Below, piece by piece: positions 27,501 through 31,725 of a DNA stretch of 31,725 nt. Below the pieces are notes generated by a model. It was not told the origin of the DNA. It ran no database searches and worked only from the letters and a program-made list of their open reading frames with translations. The stretch spans positions 1-31,725 of the IMG/VR virus record IMGVR_UViG_3300025357_000037. The stretch is one strand, 5' to 3'. The DNA is from a virus. Lineage: Duplodnaviria; Caudoviricetes. A program made the translations under genes and the position numbers. Position 1 is the stretch's first letter, and the number at the start of each line of letters is the position of its first letter.

Positions 27501-27849
27501 TGCAATACCTAATTTGTCTATGGACCCAAGAGCAGGCGCTGAACTAACGTCTCAACTTATGACATTGCAGCAAAGAGCCCTTGATCGTGATGCTCATAAA
27601 AAGCTTTATGCAAAAGACAGTAATGGGTTTTTAAACGAAGCCGCTGACGATTTTACAGAGAAGTCTGCAAGTCGTTATCAGATGGAATCCAAGATAATAA
27701 AAGACTTAATGCTGCATCACGCTCAAGAACTAAAAATGATGATGTCAGGCCACGGCGTTACGCCAGAACACATAGAAGAAGCGATACAAACTTGGTATGG
27801 TAAGGACGCACCAAAAGATATGTATCGTTATTTCGCTCCACAAATATAA
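24598..27849 (+). CDS. Internal virion/DNA ejection protein with lytic transglycosylase (SLT) domain
   Basis: Gln/Ala/Gly-rich N-terminus (YMNPF, AFGGDR); AESG...STKGAAGIAQIMPST...LAAYNAGPGRV...ETQAYV. Confidence 0.85.
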   Translation: MCGKGSNSGGGQGALGWGGLAPAQQTTTQASPQALSWYNQAMGLASQAAAKPYQQFGTTPEQFVAQLNPQQQAAQQGIAEQAAATLPYSEMGAGMQAAAGMGNAAQMAGAYMNPFMQQVVSPVQQALQQQQGQQLAQQQAAAIQGGAFGGDRAGLQRAVLQGQQQLGMGQALSPLYQTGYGQALGAAQTDLQRQLAAGQGLSQAGLAAQQASLGAGTLGQQTQQAGINALYNQFQQQQMWPYMQAQFLGGLAGALGPLTGTQTYQAQASSPFGTLLASRGGKMENRMGGAVRDGGDYYKGGVVPQGYATKGGVPIGDVSYGNDEDLASALASQEAMYQSAPTPKDIPTSQIQTGTPLESKLGSSAQGKKGTSLSDILETGKEAIGLGKDIYGLGKGAYDWLTGPTNVVGGAGSTAVPTYGGGLLDTIGSGIADIGKAALSLLPFGFEEGGRVDYSDRGVASRHGYNGEDGSAVKEDGDIFERGVLGAESGHHQFDEAGRPLRSTKGAAGIAQIMPSTGPEAAKLAGLPYDEQRLLNDEKYNAALGRAYYNAQLKKFGTPELALAAYNAGPGRVQKALEKAGPGGDVLSLLPKETQAYVPRALGLAGAGAPDLSRMTPRQRSFMALDQSERPTGGVVPKGDDGLGGLLKQENVIPALMGLGSAISGMVGAKTTSPGAAIASGLGQGLVEGGKSFLEAPKTIAEAQKLREEAKVQAQEALKRAAEVGKVGAETARIGVETRKSEIENYLASIKDTPYGRVVFLANGAPMLASEFQERVQRGERVPLLGALPADAEKRAAEVLMPSGAGTTPTDEKKPLTPTEAKKEIIPSTPGVIYDQSSRERAKREQAVGLNAGPQAELAKKNSEEYNNMVRNEAQGARENAPYLKELSTTLADSYTKHGMNEPGFKSEIRAELVSAANTLYHSLGGEGDLGTLKRDQDIVNKISTLLSSERARMGNQHAFAALETMKNAIPNLSMDPRAGAELTSQLMTLQQRALDRDAHKKLYAKDSNGFLNEAADDFTEKSASRYQMESKIIKDLMLHHAQELKMMMSGHGVTPEHIEEAIQTWYGKDAPKDMYRYFAPQI

Positions 27850-27860
27850 AAGAGGGAAAA

Positions 27861-29699
27861 ATGGACAGCTCAAACCCTCTTTTAAGACGCTCTCAACAAT
27901 CTCCAAGTTTTGGAGAAGAGGAAACTTCAGCTGTTGAGAACCCACTTTTAAAAGAAGCTCCAACACCAATAGTTGAAGAACCAAAAGTTGAAGAGCGCAA
28001 ACCCCTTTCATGGCGGGACGTTCCTGCAGAGGCCGTAAAACATTTGCCAGAAAGCGGTGCTGCCGCGGCAAGGGGTTTTGTAGAGCCATTTTTGCATCCA
28101 ATACAAACATACGAAACTGGCAAAGAGCTAGTTGGCGGCCTAGCGTCCAAAGCTGCTGGCGCTTTAGGGATGCCGCAAGAGGAAGAAAAGAAAGCCCAAA
28201 ACGAAGCTGTCGTTAATGCAATTAAAGATTTTTATGTCAACCGTTATGGATCTGAAGAAGGCTTTAAGCGCGCCCTTGCAGAAGACCCTGTCGGCGTTAT
28301 GGCAGACGTCTCCACTATATTAGGAGGTGGCGGCGGTGCCCTAGCAAGGGTCCCAGGTGTTGTTGGCCGCACAGGTGAAGTTGTCTCTGCGGCCGGCAGG
28401 GCTATTAGCCCTATAAATGTTGCCGCTCGTGCAGCGACACCAGTTATTTCTTCTGCTCAAAAAGCCGCCACATATCCCCTTGCTATAAAAACTGGTGTAT
28501 CACCAGAGACAATGAGGACAGCTTTTAAGGCTGGTCAAGAAGGCAGCAAGCCATTCTTTGCTCAATTAACTGGTAAAGCAGAGCCATCTGAAATAGTTGA
28601 TGCCGCGCATGAAGCAACCAACGCATTAAGAGATAAAAGACGCTCTGACTATTTAGCAAGTAAAGAAGGATGGGCGGCCAATCAGCAGCCTATAGATTAT
28701 AGCAATATCAACAAGGCATTGGTTGAGGCTGAAAAAGATGTCATGCACGGGTCAAGGGTTTATCGCCCCGAAGCAAAGGCAATGCTCGACAAGCTAAAAA
28801 AAGAAATTAACGATTGGCAAAATACGCCAACTGATTTGGCTGCAATTCGTCAAGGCACTTCATATCACGGCGTTGAAGGTGTCGATAAACTTAAACAGCT
28901 TGTAGGCGATATACGATCAACCGCAAACCCAGGTAGTCCAGCCGAGGCTTTGGGGACAAAAATATACAATACAATTAAGGATACTATTGTAGAACATGAC
29001 CCTAATTACCAAACGGCGATGGGTCAATATTCTGACGCCAGTGACACCCTAAAGCAATTAAAGTCGACGTTGTCACTTAATCCAAACGCGTCTGTTGATA
29101 CAACATTGCGTAAGCTGTTATTGGCTCAGAAACAGGCAGACGGCAGCAAGGCTAGTTTACTTAATGAGCTGAAGGAAGTTGACCCAGAAATCGGGAATAT
29201 GATCGCTGGTCACTTGCTACATCCAATTGTCCCAACGGGAATAACTGGTAAAATAGGTGCCGCTCTTTCTTTAACGCCTCACGCTGGGGCGTTCCCTGCT
29301 ATTGATCCCGTAACCGCAGCACTTAATGTTGTTTCTTCGTCTCCCAGAGCAATGGGCGCGGCCAGCTATGGCCTTGGACGCATGACTGCTCCTGGTGGGG
29401 GGCTCCCCTCAATGGCATTGATGCCAAGTGAGATAACAAAGGCAGTTCCTAAAAAAGAAGAAATTGTAGAAGAGGAGCGCCCATATTTTAATAGCTCTAA
29501 TGATCAAATTAATAGAGCTAAGGGTGGTCGTATTCATCGTGCTACGGGCGGAACTGTAAAACATGGCATGACGGCTAAGGCTTTAATTAGCGCCGTCGAT
29601 GCGGCACGAAACAAGATTAGCAAACAAACAAAAGCTATACTCAATCAACCAGACGAGCGCGTGGCAACTGCGTTAAAAGTTGCAAATAATCATATATAG
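27861..29699 (+). CDS. Internal virion/DNA ejection protein
   Basis: 612 aa, helical and Ala/Gly-rich; HPIQT, DPVGVMAD and SSPR motifs; follows the SLT protein. Confidence 0.65.
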   Translation: MDSSNPLLRRSQQSPSFGEEETSAVENPLLKEAPTPIVEEPKVEERKPLSWRDVPAEAVKHLPESGAAAARGFVEPFLHPIQTYETGKELVGGLASKAAGALGMPQEEEKKAQNEAVVNAIKDFYVNRYGSEEGFKRALAEDPVGVMADVSTILGGGGGALARVPGVVGRTGEVVSAAGRAISPINVAARAATPVISSAQKAATYPLAIKTGVSPETMRTAFKAGQEGSKPFFAQLTGKAEPSEIVDAAHEATNALRDKRRSDYLASKEGWAANQQPIDYSNINKALVEAEKDVMHGSRVYRPEAKAMLDKLKKEINDWQNTPTDLAAIRQGTSYHGVEGVDKLKQLVGDIRSTANPGSPAEALGTKIYNTIKDTIVEHDPNYQTAMGQYSDASDTLKQLKSTLSLNPNASVDTTLRKLLLAQKQADGSKASLLNELKEVDPEIGNMIAGHLLHPIVPTGITGKIGAALSLTPHAGAFPAIDPVTAALNVVSSSPRAMGAASYGLGRMTAPGGGLPSMALMPSEITKAVPKKEEIVEEERPYFNSSNDQINRAKGGRIHRATGGTVKHGMTAKALISAVDAARNKISKQTKAILNQPDERVATALKVANNHI

Positions 29700-29708
29700 G
29701 GAATAACG

Positions 29709-30608
29709 ATGTCTAGCACCTATACAACAAATAAAAACCTTGCAGAGCCAGCTCTTGGTGATACTGGCTGGAACTCTCCACTAAATTCAAACTTCACTAT
29801 TATTGATAACTGTCTTGGTAGTAGAGCGTCCGTAAGTTTGAGCAGTTCAAATGTTACGCTTTCAACAGCACAAATTCAAAGTGCAATCATATCTTTTACT
29901 GGAACACTTTTAACAAATGTTAACGTCGTATTCCCTGCAGGTGTTGGCGGTATTTGGGCTATAAGTAATTTTTGTTACGGCGGCGCAAGCAATTATTACA
30001 TTACACTCACAACTGGCGGGTCTGGCGCAATCGTTAGCCTTCAAGGTCGTTACGGACTGTTCAATGTTTATAGTGATGGAACAAATCTAGCTTTAATAGA
30101 CAATACCGTCCCGTCCGGCATGATTCAGGCATTTGGTGGACAATTAGCTCCTAGTGGGTGGCTTGCATGTGACGGAACTTCTTATTCGGCCGCAGCATAT
30201 CCCGCGCTATTCTTTTCTATTGGATACACTTGGGGTGGTTCTGGCGCCGCATTTAATGTGCCAGATTTAAGAGGAACATTCCTTCGAGGAACTGGCACTA
30301 ATACAACTGGCGCTTCTACTGGCGCAACAGGACCCGCTATTGGAACATATAACGCAGACACATATTTAAACCATAACCATACAATTACAGACCCTGGCCA
30401 CGCTCATTACTCTCTGGGCGGGGGCGGATTAGTGAGTGTAGGCAGCACAACTGGCACTACATTTACTTATGGTTCCGGGTCTGGAACATTACAATACAAC
30501 ACCACCACATACAGTGCCGTAACTGGCATATCCGTCAACACCTCAACAACTGGCGGGACAGAAACTAAACCAAAGAATTACGGCGTCCTTTATTGCATAA
30601 AAACATGA
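29709..30608 (+). CDS. Short tail fibre with phage tail-collar domain
   Basis: VPSGMIQAFGG..APSGWLACDG...YPALF..IGYTWG...FNVPDLRGTFLRG; H.H.I.DPGH.H; ETKPKN...YCIKT. Confidence 0.9.
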   Translation: MSSTYTTNKNLAEPALGDTGWNSPLNSNFTIIDNCLGSRASVSLSSSNVTLSTAQIQSAIISFTGTLLTNVNVVFPAGVGGIWAISNFCYGGASNYYITLTTGGSGAIVSLQGRYGLFNVYSDGTNLALIDNTVPSGMIQAFGGQLAPSGWLACDGTSYSAAAYPALFFSIGYTWGGSGAAFNVPDLRGTFLRGTGTNTTGASTGATGPAIGTYNADTYLNHNHTITDPGHAHYSLGGGGLVSVGSTTGTTFTYGSGSGTLQYNTTTYSAVTGISVNTSTTGGTETKPKNYGVLYCIKT

Positions 30609-30660
30609 TGCACCTAACAGTGAATACATGATGCACCTAACGGTGAATCTTTGATGCACC
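30603..30660 (+). repeat. 23-bp tandem repeat (about 2.5 copies)
   Basis: ACATGATGCACCTAACAGTGAAT / ACATGATGCACCTAACGGTGAAT / CTTTGATGCACC. Confidence 0.9.
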
Positions 30661-30779
30661 CAGACCACTTTGAATTTATATTAAAAATGATGAAGGCGTT
30701 CATTATCGCCTCCATCGTTATTTATTCATTCAAATTAGGTAGACTTGCGTATGAAGCTATTGGAACAGAAATCTATTAA
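30654..30779 (+). CDS. Small 41-aa putative membrane peptide
   Basis: MHPDHFEFILKMMKAFIIASIVIYSFKLGRLAYEAIGTEIY; its stop abuts the convergent gcrA stop. Confidence 0.5.
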   Translation: MHPDHFEFILKMMKAFIIASIVIYSFKLGRLAYEAIGTEIY

Positions 30780-31262
30780 CTATTTTGAATGAAATGAAAT
30801 TAATTTTTCTAAATTTCCACGAGCCGGATAATAGCATATTTTATAATGATACTCGCAGTAAGCACCCCTATTTTGTTCGTCGCCACAATATCTCGTTACA
30901 GGATCTTCTCCTGAGATTATAAATCTGCATGACGTTCTCTTTAAATCTACAAGCTCAATTCCACCCAAACGCGTCGGCAAAACAGGTATTTTTTCAACTG
31001 GAATATTTTTTGGCGGTGTTGTTGAAATAATCTCTTTATTTTTTTGCGCAAATTTTTCTTCTCTTATTTTCCTTTCTTCAATAACTCTTTTCTTATGTTG
31101 ATCCTTTTCGTCTCTCTTAAATACATGACCACTGCGCTTTAGCCTATTAACAAAACCAATAACGGAGTTTCGCGTAAGATTAAGATTATCACCAATTTTA
31201 GAACCAGACATTCCTTGCTCCCACATTTCAATTATCTTGTCTTTTTGATCTGCCGTGATCAT
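30780..31262 (-). CDS. gcrA: GcrA-like cell-cycle/transcription regulator
   Basis: N-terminal HTH MWEQGMSGSKIG...TRNSVIGFVNRL; C-terminal LVDL...CRF...YCG...YCEYH...Y; RBS GAGGA. Confidence 0.88.
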   Translation of the reverse strand: MITADQKDKIIEMWEQGMSGSKIGDNLNLTRNSVIGFVNRLKRSGHVFKRDEKDQHKKRVIEERKIREEKFAQKNKEIISTTPPKNIPVEKIPVLPTRLGGIELVDLKRTSCRFIISGEDPVTRYCGDEQNRGAYCEYHYKICYYPARGNLEKLISFHSK

Positions 31263-31375
31263 TCTAATCCTCTTGAGTTATTTCGATATTAAATGTAAAA
31301 TACATAACCCATTGACACAAAACGATAATAAATAACGTCTATATGGGTTACGGCCTACTATTGCAAGGAATAGTT
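31263..31375. promoter_or_regulatory. Divergent promoter region with inverted repeat
   Basis: AT-rich; TTGACA at 31312; TAACCCAT (31305) and ATGGGTTA (31343) inverted repeat; on the minus strand TTGTGT-N17-TACATT. Confidence 0.55.
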
Positions 31376-31725
31376 ATGATATCAAGATCAGAGGCTGAAG
31401 AAATCTTATTATTGATAGAAAATGCCCTCCAGGACGGTGACTACCCGGACGGCCATAAATGTAAAAGCCATGAGAGACTGGCGTCGGCAACTGTTTCAAA
31501 GCAGATGGGAGTTCATAGGTCAGTTATCGCTCGCAAACTTGCAGAGATGAAAAAAGAATATGATCTTGAGCCAAACTGGAAAATATTTAAAGAACAAAAA
31601 GAAGAAGACGCCGACCACATTGTTGTCCGTCGTCTTAAAGACAAACTGGCAATGGCTGAGACAAGGGCGGCCAAGGCTGAACGAACGAGTATAAAAGAAG
31701 AAGTTCTTAGAGAGACTGTATTCAA
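31376..31725 (+). CDS. Hypothetical protein with HTH-like and coiled-coil segments; 3' truncated
   Basis: RBS AAGGA; open frame MISRSEAEEILLLIENAL...VSKQMGVHRSVIARKL... to the window end. Confidence 0.7.
   Translation, partial: MISRSEAEEILLLIENALQDGDYPDGHKCKSHERLASATVSKQMGVHRSVIARKLAEMKKEYDLEPNWKIFKEQKEEDADHIVVRRLKDKLAMAETRAAKAERTSIKEEVLRETVF

Noticed and set aside
24598-27849. Tape measure protein
   Set aside because: The Gln-rich N-terminus, GNAT and gp10-like neighbours, and absence of a tail tube gene fit an ejection protein better.
30603-30660. Possible mini-CRISPR array
   Set aside because: The units are directly tandem with no unique spacers, and no cas genes are in the window.
1-31725. 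Stop-codon reassignment, tRNA/rRNA genes, introns
   Set aside because: Genes tile densely under the standard code using all three stops, and no gap shows tRNA- or intron-like structure by eye. Covariance searches were not run.

Overview
This window is part of the late (morphogenesis) region of a tailed dsDNA bacteriophage, with almost all genes on the + strand. It is probably podovirus-like: no tape measure, tail tube or sheath gene is recognisable, while a gp10-like nozzle and large internal/ejection proteins are present. A GcrA homologue suggests an alphaproteobacterial host. Gene order: 3' end of the major capsid gene; small head-associated genes interrupted by two AT-rich HNH/EndoVII endonucleases; head-tail adaptor; a ~12 kb fibre/appendage block (two Gly-Pro-Thr collagen-like fibres, a signal-peptide-bearing fibre-like protein, a duplicated adaptor plus Cys-rich six-repeat cassette, a 2OG-Fe(II) oxygenase and a fibre chaperone); a methyltransferase-GT2-TPR gene joined to a GT32 domain across a -1 frameshift in an A10 tract; a five-gene lysis cassette; tail proteins; a GNAT; an SLT-containing ejection protein; a tail-collar protein; convergent gcrA; and a truncated HTH-like gene. 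The strongest candidate for a new system is a possibly switchable virion-glycosylation module acting on the Thr-rich collagen fibres and/or the Cys-rich repeat proteins. All calls rest on motif recognition by eye; no searches were run.
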